A stretch of DNA of 64,000 bases from Eledone cirrhosa. Its lineage: Eukaryota. The notes beneath the pieces are model-generated. The model had not been told where the DNA came from. It searched no databases and worked only from the letters and a program-made list of their open reading frames with translations. Position 1 is the first letter of the stretch. Each line of letters starts with the position of its first letter. The stretch spans positions 41,602,001 to 41,666,000 of the forward strand of contig OZ024746.1 in the NCBI GenBank assembly GCA_964016885.1, written 5' to 3'. Shown one piece after another: positions 12,208 to 24,194 of this stretch. A program made the position numbers and the translations under genes.

Positions 12208-12484
12208 TAGAGGCAAATCTAGGGAAAATGGTACCTATGGCAAGCAGTGAAATTGCACCCCTGCACAGCCTAATAATTTATATAAATGGTTTAATGATCC
12301 AATCACTATAGTGTTCTCACCCATGATAATTCAGAGACAGATCATACATCTGAAGGAGTTTCTTTTTTCACCCTCTGACGAGGCTTATTTGACTTTAATA
12401 GAACATTCTCCTAGTCCAAGTGGCGCCCCTTCATGTGGTGCCCATGGCACGTACCATGCTTGCCATACCCTAGTTACGCCTCTG
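12208..12484. mobile_element. hAT-type MITE
   Basis: TIRs tagaggcaaatctaggg / ccctagttacgcctctg; perfect 8-bp TSD CATATATA (12200-12207, 12485-12492). Confidence 0.8.
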
Positions 12485-12804
12485 CATATATACATTCATA
12501 AGATGTGGCCATTCAAACCATATTGTCTCTTCAACTTGTTATCATTCCTACACTTTCCTTACTCTTTGATAAAAGCCTTAACTTGAAACATCAGTTCCCT
12601 TCATCTCTATCTATTCAGCTTAAATATTCCTAATTTACATATATTGTTCTAATTCTTTTGCAAATATTTTGTCAACCATGGTTTTTTTTTCTGTTTGCTC
12701 TGTCCTAAACTCTTAAATCCCAACTGCTTGTTTCTCTGTCCTTTTTTGCCATTTTGATCTACCCCCACCACATATACACATACATATATCCTCCAATTCA
12801 TTAC

Positions 12805-13165
12805 CATCGTTAATGCTTAACTTCTATTTTCCATGCTTAGTGGGTTGTCACATACTGAGACTAGATTGATCAGGTAGTTACATCCTACTTGTATGCTCTG
12901 TTTTTGTCTTGGTTTCTCCATTGGATGTCCATTTAATACCAACCACTTTATAGTGTGTACTGAGAGCATTTTTTTATGACTCCAGCACTACCACCTAACA
13001 GGGGGGGGGGGATAGGTGTGTTTCCTTATGGAATCAGTACTATCACCTTACAGAGTGGACCGGGTGCTTTTCACCATAGCATCAGCACTACCACTTTACA
13101 GAGTAGACTGGATGAATACATTTTATTGTGGCACCAGTGCTACCACATTACAACACTAGGGTGGC
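12805..13165 (-). mobile_element. Degenerate family-B / RTE 3' UTR copy
   Basis: ttttccatgct..tggatgtcc..taataccaaccactttatagtgtgtactgagag and repeated accactttacagagt units. Confidence 0.55.
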
Positions 13166-15096
13166 ATTGGGTGTGTATAAATGAGAGATTGCTGGCATGG
13201 GTGGAGAAGAACACCGGTTTATAGGATTGGGGTCTGACATATTTTGGGAAGTGTTTGGCTTTCTATGTTGGCCTGGGCTTAATGAGAAAAGTCAGGGATG
13301 TGAGTGTGAAGGAGGAATGGGTTGGGCTGGGAAGGTGAATCTTAGCTTTCCATGGTAGAACAGGTTAGATGAGGCAGGGGCGGCAGGGAAGTCAGGATTA
13401 CACCAGCAGACAAGGATCTGAATGTTGTTCTACCTCTCAGCCTCTTCGGGTTTAGGGTGTAGGAAAGTTGGTGGTGGGAGAGAGTCAGAGGTATACTAGC
13501 AACTGGGAGGGAGGGCGTTCTTCTTACGTTCATTTCATCCTGTAAAAGGAACACTCAGAAATACTTGGATCTAATCAAGGATAATACGATACTTTTGTTT
13601 ATATAAGTATTCAGAATGATTCACTTCAACATAATTATATTCACTTCAACATAATTATAAGTTTTGATGAATATTAAAAGCATCTGTTTGTATAACATTA
13701 AGCATTCCTAAATTTGTTATATATATATTGAATTTGGATTCAAAAGGGATTAGTTGCTATGTTTAAAGAGTATCAAATATGTCTATCACAGAGATATCAA
13801 TTTAATGTCAGATTTATATGCTTGGTAGGAATCTTATTTATCTATAACTGTTATGAAGAAATGACAAGAAACCATACTTGTAATGGATACATTTATATTA
13901 AAACAAATTTAAGCAATTCTCACATAGAAAGGAAATAGGGTCATTTTGCTTGTAATGCAGAATATCATTTCTCTCCCTCCTTTCCTTCTCAGTAATATAT
14001 GCTTTTGTGAATAGTATTAAAGTTTAACTGTTTTCTCCAAGGAAGGAAATCTTTGCTATAAACCTAAAATGAATTTTCAAAATTCACCATAGAGATAGAT
14101 CCAAAATTATGCAAACACTTGAGTGTCTATATTAATACATATAAGTTTATATGTTTCTCTCTCTCTGTGTCTGTGTGTGTAAGATTGCTTATCTCTTGCA
14201 ATTTAAATTGTATGTATTTATATGCATTAATTTTCTGCAATCTTTGCCAAACTACAGAAAATCTGAAAAACAATAACCAATTCAGGATAAATCAAATATT
14301 CTTGATGTTTAAATAAATATATTTCGATATGTTTGTTTATTTGGAAAAACTCATTTAATTGGCTATATAAATATATTCTCATATCATTTATTAATATTTT
14401 AAAATTGTATGGGGAAAATATTATAGTTTATGGTGTCGGGGAACTCATATTGTTAATAACACAATACCTATGGTTGTTAATGAGATTCTCATGTTCTTGT
14501 CTGGTGTGTGAGAGTAGCTTATATAACAAGAGGTTAGTTACATCAAGCAATATTCTTCAGAAAAGAGTAATTGGATTTCCTTCAAACGAGAATTCTGCTT
14601 TATATATTAAATCAAAGAAGGCTTGAGCCCATATTGTGGATGTTTAAATATAACTTTTATTTTAAAGTCATCTGAAATAGTGAATATTAAAGGAAACCAG
14701 AGTTATGGAAGAATGATTTGTTTTATAAATGGGACTAAGGTAAATGAATCAAGGTGTAAGTAAGAGTTAGAAACTGAAACATATTTCAAGATATGAACAT
14801 TTCTTAAAATGTAATTGAGTCCAATAAATCAACTTTATTTCTATATATGAAATAATTCCTCAGTCTTCAGTGACTAACACCATTGGTATTATTTAAATAA
14901 GAATCTCTGATCTACACATTAAAATATATTGTTATATGTCGATCTTTGGAATAAGGCTTTTTGTGCTAACAGTTTCTTCAGCCAATGTTATACTTTCATG
15001 AGCACAGGATCCCAATTTTATAGCAGAAGAAAATTAGCTTGTATGACATCCGTGCACTTGTTAAGATTATTAGATATGCAAATGATGTTTATAGCT

Positions 15097-15327
15097 TTAA
15101 CCCATTAGCATTTACATTACTCTATATATATACTGTTGTATTTTCATGATAAAGGCTTTATCTTACAGTATTATCTTATATAATATTGAATCTATGAGAT
15201 TTTGATATTATTTATTTTGAGAACAATACTTTATCATCAGAATGAGCAGCCAGTTACAGTTGGTTTGAACAGAAAGAGATGAGAGAATTCTGGCCGGATA
15301 CAGCCAGTTTAAATGCTAAAGGGTTAA
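15097..15327 (+). mobile_element. piggyBac-type MITE family C
   Basis: TTAA-CCCATTAGCATTTA ... TAAATGCTAAAGGG-TTAA; five copies in the window. Confidence 0.9.
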
Positions 15328-15616
15328 GCAAGGACTATAGAACTATCTCAGATCTTTATGGATTTTATCTCTTACAATCAACATAATCATCCACACCATT
15401 TTACATCCATTTTCTATGCTGGCATAGCATAGGTTGTCATGTTCTGAGACTAGACAGATCAGATGATCACATCCTATTCATGTTGTATGTATTTGGTGAA
15501 TTTTACCATGACATGAGTACCATTGCTTCATAGAATAGGTTGGGTACATTTTATTGTGGCAGCAATGTCACTATTTGTAGAGTACAGTGGACACATTCTA
15601 GTGCAATCAGTGTGTC

Positions 15617-15844
15617 TCAACCCTTTAGTGTTCAAACCGGTCAAAACCGGCCAGAATTCTTTACCTCTTTTGTTGAAACTGGCTGTAACAGGTCGCTCAA
15701 ACTGATGTTAAGGTATTGTTTTCAAAATAAATACTTTCAAAATCTCATAGATTCGATATTATCTGAGATAATTAAGCAAGGTAAAGCCTTTACCATGAAA
15801 ATATAATAGTATATATAGAGTAATGTGAATACTAAAGGGTTGAA
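15617..15844 (-). mobile_element. piggyBac-type MITE family C, opposite orientation
   Basis: ccctttag..aaaccgg..ccggccagaattct..caaaatctcatagattcgatatta..aaagggt is the reverse complement of the family body. Confidence 0.8.
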
Positions 15845-15893
15845 CTGAGAAGAGAGAGTGAGTGATGGAAAGGGAGGGAGAGGGTGAAATAGC

Positions 15894-15900
<7 letters not shown>

Positions 15901-15973
<73 letters not shown>

Positions 15974-16122
15974 TAGAGAGAGAAAGAGAGAGAGAGAGAG
16001 AAAGAAAGAGAGAGAAAGAAAAAAGAGAGAGAGAGAAAGATATATATATATATATATATATACATGTAGAGAAAGAGAAAGAGAAAAAGAGAGAGATAGA
16101 GAAAGAAAGAGAGAGAAAGAGA

Positions 16123-16197
<75 letters not shown>

Positions 16198-16299
16198 CAA
16201 GAGAAAGAGAGAGAGAAAGAGAGAGAGAAAGAGAGAAAAATATATAGAGAGAAAGAGAAAGAGAGAGAGAGATAGAGAAAAAGAAACAGAGAAAGAGAG
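15901..16299. repeat. Compound (GA)n/(TA)n microsatellite
   Basis: Direct reading; source of the poly-ER and poly-SL ORFs. Confidence 0.95.
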
Positions 16300-16676
16300 G
16301 TTGAATGAAAGTGCACGTACCAGGTCGTGGAGGTGGCCTGCAAGAGACAGAGTGATTGGCATCACAGGGTCAGGCTTAGGGTGCCTTAATTGTATTTTCA
16401 TTCATAGATCTAAATTGATTATTCATGGAGTGGGTGAGGGATACCTTAAGTATCAATAACCCTTTAATGATTACACATGCTGGAACAAATTTGCAAATAA
16501 TTATGTGAAGGGTTATAGTCAATTGGATCTCCAATTATATGCCTGCAACAATCTTGTATAATTGAAAAGCAAAGTTGAGTCTGGGAGAATTTGAACTCAA
16601 AAGGCAAAGGGCTGGAACAAAAACTTCTTCAGTATTTAATTTGGTGCTTTAATGTTTCTTAGTATTAACTCTAAGG

Positions 16677-16851
16677 GCAGTATCAGTAGAGGGTCGAACG
16701 CCATGCTTTACAGCATAGAGTTATGTCCCTTTACGGTCTGAGTTCAAATCCCGCTGAGGTTAACATTGCCTTTCATCCTTATGGGGTTGATAAAATAAAG
16801 TACCAGTAATACACTGGGGTAATTACTGACCTTGTGCAAAAAGTAGAAACA
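16677..16851 (+). mobile_element. SINE-A with 16-bp TSD
   Basis: agtattaactctaagg (16661) / agtattagctctaagg (16852). Confidence 0.9.
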
Positions 16852-17251
16852 AGTATTAGCTCTAAGGAAATGTCGACCAAATACAAAAAAAAACAGTTTT
16901 TACACACACTAATGTTTCATATTTGCATATATATATATATATTTTTTTACTAAACAGCTCTATAATCTTTCCAAAACCCAGTTGCTTCTCTTCTTAAGGA
17001 ATTTCATTTTGGAAGAAGAGGAAAATTATTGTAATGAATATATTTTATAAATATTCTTGTAAAATATCTATTTTCAAAAATTAATTCAGATTTTGTGTGT
17101 TTGAAACCCTTGCTGAATAATAATTCACAACAACAATACACTTCTGTAAGCAAGTTTATGTTTTAAAAACCATTCTCGATAGAAAATAATTTGTTGGAGA
17201 CTAATTTCTTTTCTCTGTACTGTATGCATTTAGCAGTCTTGGACACCTGTT

Positions 17252-17265
17252 GTTGCCATAGTAAC
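17252..17265. promoter_or_regulatory. RFX X-box motif GTTGCCATAGTAAC
   Basis: Full match to GTNRCC-N(0-3)-RGYAAC in non-repeat sequence; function untested. Confidence 0.4.
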
Positions 17266-17981
17266 CAAGTTATTGTGCATTGAGCTATATATTTCTAAGT
17301 GGTTTCTGTCTGTGGCAATATTTTTTTCCCCTTATAACAATGATGTTCTTATTTCAAAAGAAACTCTTCCCTGGAATCCGGTATGACCATATATCATGTC
17401 ATTTTTCGTTGGCATCAAGCATTCATTTCTCCTTACTGGTCATTGGCATTCTTGACATGTTCCATACCTGAATGGGTATTTACAGTATTAGCCATCCATC
17501 AGTATTCAGCTTTTCTCTGCTTACTTTAGTCAAAGCTGGTAAATAGAAGAGCAATGAATTCAATTGAAATGAATTTCATTTATGAATCGTTGCCAGTGTA
17601 TTTGGGATATTGTTGCCCAGTCACCCAGAAGAGCGAAAGGAAGGGAGATAAATCTACTAGTACTAAGTTTTCTGTTAGCATATTTCTTAATGCTACTTTC
17701 CTAGACATAATGTCTCTTGAGGAGGAGGCAATGTTAAAAAGATTCAGTATATAAATATAACATTGGTTCTAATTCCATTAACACAAGAGAAATGAAAAGC
17801 AAACCTAACTACAGCAAAGTTTTAGCTCAACATTTTGAGATGCCTAACTAGATAACAAAAAGCATGGAGCTTAGATCTCATCTATCATCTGTGTCATCTT
17901 CACACCACTCATAATGATAATAATGATGATTTAACTTCAGTTAATATAAATTGATAGCAGCACAAATTAAAGTATTCTAAC

Positions 17982-18024
17982 CTGGAAATGAACTCACAAA
18001 AAAAATTTGTGAGTTCATTTCCAG
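17982..18024. repeat. Perfect 19-bp hairpin with A5 loop
   Basis: ctggaaatgaactcacaaa-aaaaa-tttgtgagttcatttccag. Confidence 0.9.
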
Positions 18025-19078
18025 TTGAAGAATATGTGCAAATGGAGAATTCAGTGATGAATGGAGTCTAAGTTAATGAAAATATTGATATCAAAAGAAA
18101 AAGAAAAAAAAGGAAAGGCTTAAGTTAGTAGCATGAACATTTTAATATCAGCACATTAGGGCCTTGATAGATTAACAGAGCGCCACAATTTTAGGTGCAC
18201 TACATATACCAGCATAGTTAGCAACAGGAGCAATGACTAGATGAAGACTATCCATGGTTTACTCATAAATATGGTTTTAGCTGATAGTAAAGGATACTCG
18301 TGTTAATGTAATTTAAAAATGATGGGGAGTAGAGTTTTACACATAAGATGATATAGGATCAGGAAGAGTGATTTCTGTCATACAGACAACCTGTAGCAGC
18401 ATATATGTGTATACTTGTGGGTCAAGGAATTTGATCTCAGATCATGTGTTGGGACTAAAGTATTTGCATCAAGACAGAGTTTTCATAGCCATAAAAACAC
18501 AATAGCTGTATTTACTTATACTTTGTCATTATTTTGCAATAATAAAATATATATTGTAATTGGCCATTCAACAATGAGACTAGTAGATTTAGTCTTTTCT
18601 TCTGAATCTATGACCTGGTCATTAATACTTTACTTTCAGAATATAGTGAATTAAAATTGATTATAATAGTGCAGGTGTATTTTGATGACTTCAATGACTT
18701 GTGGAAGAGGAAGATCAAGAAAGATATGGGATGAAGATGTGAAAACTGACTCCAAAAAGCTGAACCTCATGTGATGACAGGTGATATGCAAATGCAAGCA
18801 TAGTGAAATAGACATTTAAATAATGACTATAGTGTTGGAGCTGAGGATGTATAATAGATCATTTGTATAAAGTATATAACTACACTCCTCTCAAATCTCC
18901 AGCTCCTATTCACTACCCTCTCATCTATCATCCTCTATGCCATTCACTGAATCACACTGATTGAGTAACAGATGACATTTGATTTGACTGTATTCAATCC
19001 CTCCATCATCACCCATTGTCTTTACCACACACCTTATCAGTATAGTTCCACCTGAAAACTACACACTCACAAAATAAT

Positions 19079-19294
19079 GGTTTCTGATTTAAGCACAAGG
19101 CCAACAATTTTGGGGAAAGGAAAGTCGATCAAATCGACCCCAGTGCATTACTGGTACTTTATTTTATCGACCTCGTATGGATGAAAGGCAAAGCTAACCA
19201 CCGCAAGGTTTGAACTCAGAACATAAAGGGCCACAACTCTATGCCACGAAGCATGGTTTCCGATGCTCTAACGATACTGCCAATTCACCACCTT
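19079..19294 (-). mobile_element. SINE-A with perfect 17-bp TSD
   Basis: cacactcacaaaataat at 19062-19078 and 19295-19311. Confidence 0.92.
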
Positions 19295-19574
19295 CACACT
19301 CACAAAATAATAAGAAGTTAAAACACTGACCCTCCAAAAGACAAGAGAATAAACAAATAAATGTAAGTAATCCTGACACTAAGGGTGGATGGGGATCCAC
19401 TTGTACCATTCCTTAACAAATGAAGAAATTGCCATTTGCCAAACAGAAAACTACCCCAATATATATAACAGCTAGAAATATATATCAGTGGCAAGGTTAT
19501 GTTACTGAACCCCTGATCACAGCAACAGCATTTCAAGTTATCTCCAGAAATATTATTGTGCTTTTGGGTAAGCC

Positions 19575-19955
19575 AAAATTATTAACCATCTTGTCAACAA
19601 CAACCCTGAGCACCTTTTTGAATTCCATGTGTCTAACACCCGTGGGAATGTATACAAAGTCAGAAAACAGCACAGTTCCCATGACTTTCGGAAACATTTT
19701 TTTTACACTCAGAGTTGCTGAAGCATGGAACAAACTACCTGCATCAGTTGTTAGTTACCGGTACACTGCATCCTTTAAAACCTCCATGCTTCCTAAAATT
19801 CGCCAACACTACATCTGATATTCCTTATATGTATATCATGGCTCATACTGTTCGCTTTCCTGATATTTGTACATTATTCTATGTACTATACATGCACCTA
19901 TGATGAGTTGTAGTGCACCTGAGCACTGTAAACAATAATTTCATCATAATTATTA
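19575..19955 (+). mobile_element. CR1/L2-group LINE 3' fragment
   Basis: KIINHLV..SNTRGNVYKVRKQ..RKHFFTLRVAEAWNKLPASVV (frameshifted); tail gagttgtagtgcacctgag..aataatttcat also at 27505-27680. Confidence 0.85.
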
Positions 19956-21314
19956 TATAATTTTTCATCTTTTGTCTTTTTAACAGACAAAAAGATTCCA
20001 CCCCAACTTTATATTTGAGAAGTTAACAGTAAAAAAAAGGGCAATCACCTGTAAAATCATGTGCACTAAGAATATATAAATGTACAAATTTGCAAACATT
20101 ATGACATCACCTATGTTAGCATGGAAAAATGGGTGTAAAACATTAAAAACATATAAGCAAAATATTGACAATCTGTTATAAGCAACACAAAAAAAAGAAA
20201 GAAAATGAAAAATGTATTATATGATTGAAAACAATAAAAATATAAACAAACACTCCAATAATAGCACACTGCCATCAACAATAATAAGTTACTCAGCACA
20301 ATGTTTATTTAATACCAATATTTTATTCTGGTAATAACTAAACGTGACAACCATAGCAAAAGACAAAGCAATTTTACAGAAATTCTCCACCTCTACAAAC
20401 ATGGAACCTACCATTATCATCTTTGATTTTTCTCAGCATGTATTGCTGTAAATTCAATATCTTTCTTATAAATTGCCATATTGTCTAGGTTTGTTTCTTA
20501 TGATCCTGGTAACATCAGCATGTTTAGAAATTTTAAACTATTTTTTACACTTTGCTTCTCTTTATAAACCTGAAAACTTTGAGTGAACCAATAGTTAAAG
20601 AATAAAATTTTCTTATGACATTTTCATCACAGGAAAATAATGCCATTTTGCATTCTATGATAAAATAGATGCATTAGATTATGTGTAAATATTAAGAGAA
20701 TTGGAATGAAACAAACTTTTAAGAAGAAAGAATTACAGAAGCGTTTCAATAATATACCTAAAATATCCATTCATTTATTCATCACATAGTAATCAAAACA
20801 TATTGAGCCACAAAATTATTTATCAGCATGGGACACTTTGAGCTAACAAGGTGGCTTCTATATAGTTCTTCCACTTGATCCCTATAGAAGCTAAAACTCC
20901 TTTAGCAAACTTCTAATCTTCTAAAAGAAGATAAAATTCACTTTATTTAAATCATCAATGAACACACTTTATTATATAGTGGGCATCATAGCTAAAGATA
21001 ACAATGATTGTATGCTCATCCTAAAATAGTCTAATATCAGGGCATATAAGCCCCCATGACAGAAAGAAATGGGTATCACACACACATATATACATATCAT
21101 CATTATCATCATTTAACATACAGTTCACCTAGCAAGGGTTGGATGGGTCCTTGTCATAGAATAGTGGTCTTATATAGCTTTTGTACCCTACCTCTAGGTT
21201 AAACTATCTTTTGAAATTTATTTTGTTACCCACGTTAAACCTCTGTATTTCAACTGAAGTTGTATTTCATAGTTGGATATGTATAGGTATGTGAAGTCTA
21301 TATATGTATGTATA

Positions 21315-21527
21315 ATCGTGTAGGTATCACTACAAAAAGTACCCAGCACACACTGTAAATGTGGTTGGCATTAGGAAGGGCATCCAGCCGTAGAAAATCA
21401 GCCAGAAACTCTCCTATATGAGCGAGACATGGTCATCCAACCCACCTTGCCTCTAAATGGGACAAACCCATTTAACCCATGCTAGTGTGGAAGATAGAAG
21501 TTAATCGACAATAATGATGATGATGAT
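21315..21527 (+). mobile_element. Family-B / RTE 3' UTR copy
   Basis: gtggttggcattaggaagggcatccagccgtagaaa..aacccatgctagtgtggaag..(atg)n. Confidence 0.8.
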
Positions 21528-21652
21528 CAGTATCTGCATATCTACAGTTATGTCTATGTATGTGTATGTATGTGTGTGTGTGTGTGTGCCTATATGTATA
21601 TATATGTGTGATTAGATATATATAGGTGGGGATGTATAGATATATATGTGGG

Positions 21653-21692
<40 letters not shown>

Positions 21693-21819
21693 CTTTTATG
21701 CTTACTATGGATGAAAATATATTAGCTTTCCCAACCATTGAGAGCTTTGTGACTGCCTCAAAACAATTCAATTGGTATCTGCTATACTGTTGCTACAACA
21801 TCAATTTATGCCCATCATT

Positions 21820-21865
<46 letters not shown>

Positions 21866-22222
21866 CATATATATGTGTGTGTGTTTGATTTATTTTATAC
21901 TTATCAGTGATAAGTTAACACTATTCATTCTAAAAATAGTCTTTCACCTCTATTAATATAGTTTATGTTTTTAGTTGCTTAGTAACTAGACCATCTCTGA
22001 GTTATTGATAAATTTATTACTGTATTAAGCTTCCATAATTTGTATATTGTTTTTCTTGATATATTTCATTAATGTTAATCTCATAATTGTTGTTACTTCA
22101 ATTGATAAATATTGTTTAACTTATAGGCTTTCTAACATTATTTTAATGAGTAGTATATGAGTATCAGTGTGGAATGGTTTAGAAAAATATCTTTAGTTAC
22201 TGCACATTATATCTTTATATAT

Positions 22223-22500
22223 AAGGCAGCAAACTGGCAAAGTCATGAGAATGTCGGACAGAATGCTTTACGGTATTTGTTCTGACTCTCTGTTCTCTGC
22301 CAAGATCAACTTTGCCTCTCATCCTTTTGAGGTCGATAAAAAAAGTACCAGTTTAGTACTGGGTCGATTCTTTCTCTGGAAGAAATCTGCTGTACCAAGG
22401 CCTGGAAAGGGATGGGCTCCACCAGGCTTAAAATGCCCAAGAAATGTTGTATGTCAATACAGCGCCCCTACAAATTCCCCCAGGAGTTATGGACCATACA
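22223..22500 (+). mobile_element. SINE-A variant with alternative tail (A')
   Basis: tRNA head and ctttgcctctcatccttttgaggtcgataaa core, then aagaaatc..aaatgcccaagaaatg..cccctacaa tail shared with 46445-46700 and 53118-53430. Confidence 0.7.
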
Positions 22501-22512
22501 TACATCTCTTTA

Positions 22513-23910
22513 TCTATATATCTAAAACAGAGAATGTCTCTCTGTTTGACTGACTCCCTAAAACTCGAGAACCACCCAACCGATTTTTTTCAAACTTTAC
22601 ACATGTAATACTTATGTGATACGTGTGAGTGTTTTGAGCAAAAAATATTTCAAATTTTCAATGCCCTAGGGACCACATTAGATAGCTATAACGTTGCGCC
22701 CTTATAATATCTGTCTGTATGTCTGCCTGTCTGCATTACAACATTATGACACTATCTGTGTGTGTGTGTATATATGTATGTATAGTGTGTATATATATAT
22801 ATAGTGTATAACAGTTTTCGAAATATTTATTTCTGCGTCCACAGATTGATTTTTTTTAGTTTCAGAAGATCCCGTTAAGAGTGAAAGCAGCGATTTTTTG
22901 CTTAAACTTTAATCTGTTATTTTAATATATATGTTATTTTAATATATATGTATATATATAATATAATTAGGAATAAGAGGGATCAGATGTTGTTTACTCG
23001 AGAGAAGACTACGTTGGTATGGTCACGTGATGCGCATGAAAGATGACAGCTGTATAAAAAAGTGCAGGGCGATCAAAATAGACGGTAGCTACGGAGTAGG
23101 CAGACCCAGAAAAACCTGGGACGACTTGATAAATTCTGACCTCACACACTTACACCTCTCCAAGACAATGTCACTGGACCGAGATCTTTGGCACTACGCA
23201 GTAATACAGAAGACCCGCCTTGCCTAAGTACAAAGCGAAACCTACAGTCAGTAGGCACCTCTTAACCAAAATACACCCATCCCACTACCTCTACCCCCAT
23301 CTACACCACCCCTTTCGATGTACAGTTACGTTGGTACCACAACATCCAGTCCTAAATAAATGAGGTTGTGTAGGTGTCACGACAAAAATAAAACACACAG
23401 TCCACGCTGTAATGTGGCTGTGTAGGTAACACGGTAAAAACCTCCCAGTCCACACTGTAAACGTGGTTGGTGTTAGGAAGGGAATCCAGCTGTAGAAAAC
23501 CCGCCAGACAGTCCTGAGCAAGACAACCAATCTTGCCTCAAGTGGGACAATTCCCATCCAGACCCATGCTAGCGTGGAAGATGGACGTTAAACGATAATA
23601 ATGATGATGATATAATTATATATTCGTGTACAGATATTTTTGCATACACAATAACAAAATATAAACAAACGTATTTATTTCACGAGGCTCGACAGCAGCA
23701 AAAACAACAACAAAAAAGAGAGGTAATCCAATTACATGCTTTTGAAAAATCTTAATGAAAAATTATTTGCCTATTCACCCAAAGCGACTTCACTTTTTAT
23801 TAGGACTTCTGCATCAATTGGTGAACATACGACGAAACTATTTCAGAAAGGAGGGATAATCATGCCAATCTATGTTTAGAATCCCGAGCAACGCCAGGCC
23901 ATTCTGCTAG
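22513..23910 (+). mobile_element. Non-autonomous Helitron containing a nested RTE
   Basis: A|TCTATATATCTAAAA..aaactcgagaaccacccaaccgattttt at the 5' end; cccgagcaacgccagg..CTAG|T at the 3' end; A-T target with no TSD. Confidence 0.8.
22970..23609 (+). mobile_element. RTE LINE 3' fragment (end of ORF plus full 3' UTR)
   Basis: GIRGIRCCLLERRLRWYGHVMRM..GRPRKTW..DRDLW..TRLA*; (ATG)n tail; 9-bp TSD ATATAATTA. Confidence 0.9.
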
Positions 23911-24194
23911 TTAGTAATAAAATTTGAATTGCATGTTTAGTCTTCCATAAACTTTTAACGTTTTCACAACTGTATTTTAAATTTGTCTACATTTTCAGAC
24001 TTGAGATATTTAGACATGTGTTGGGTAAATATTTATATTATTTAATAGATTCTAATGAGTTCAATACAGCAGAAATGAATATTCCTGTTGAGTTGATAGA
24101 AATGTTCATCAATCAATTAAATGATCTAATGTTATTTTTATTCATGCCGAAGCTGAATCACATACACAGTATGCCCCCCCCCTCCACTCCCCCA

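Noticed and set aside
15759-16401. Longest ORFs (poly-SL, poly-ER)
   Set aside because: Translations of a (GA)n microsatellite
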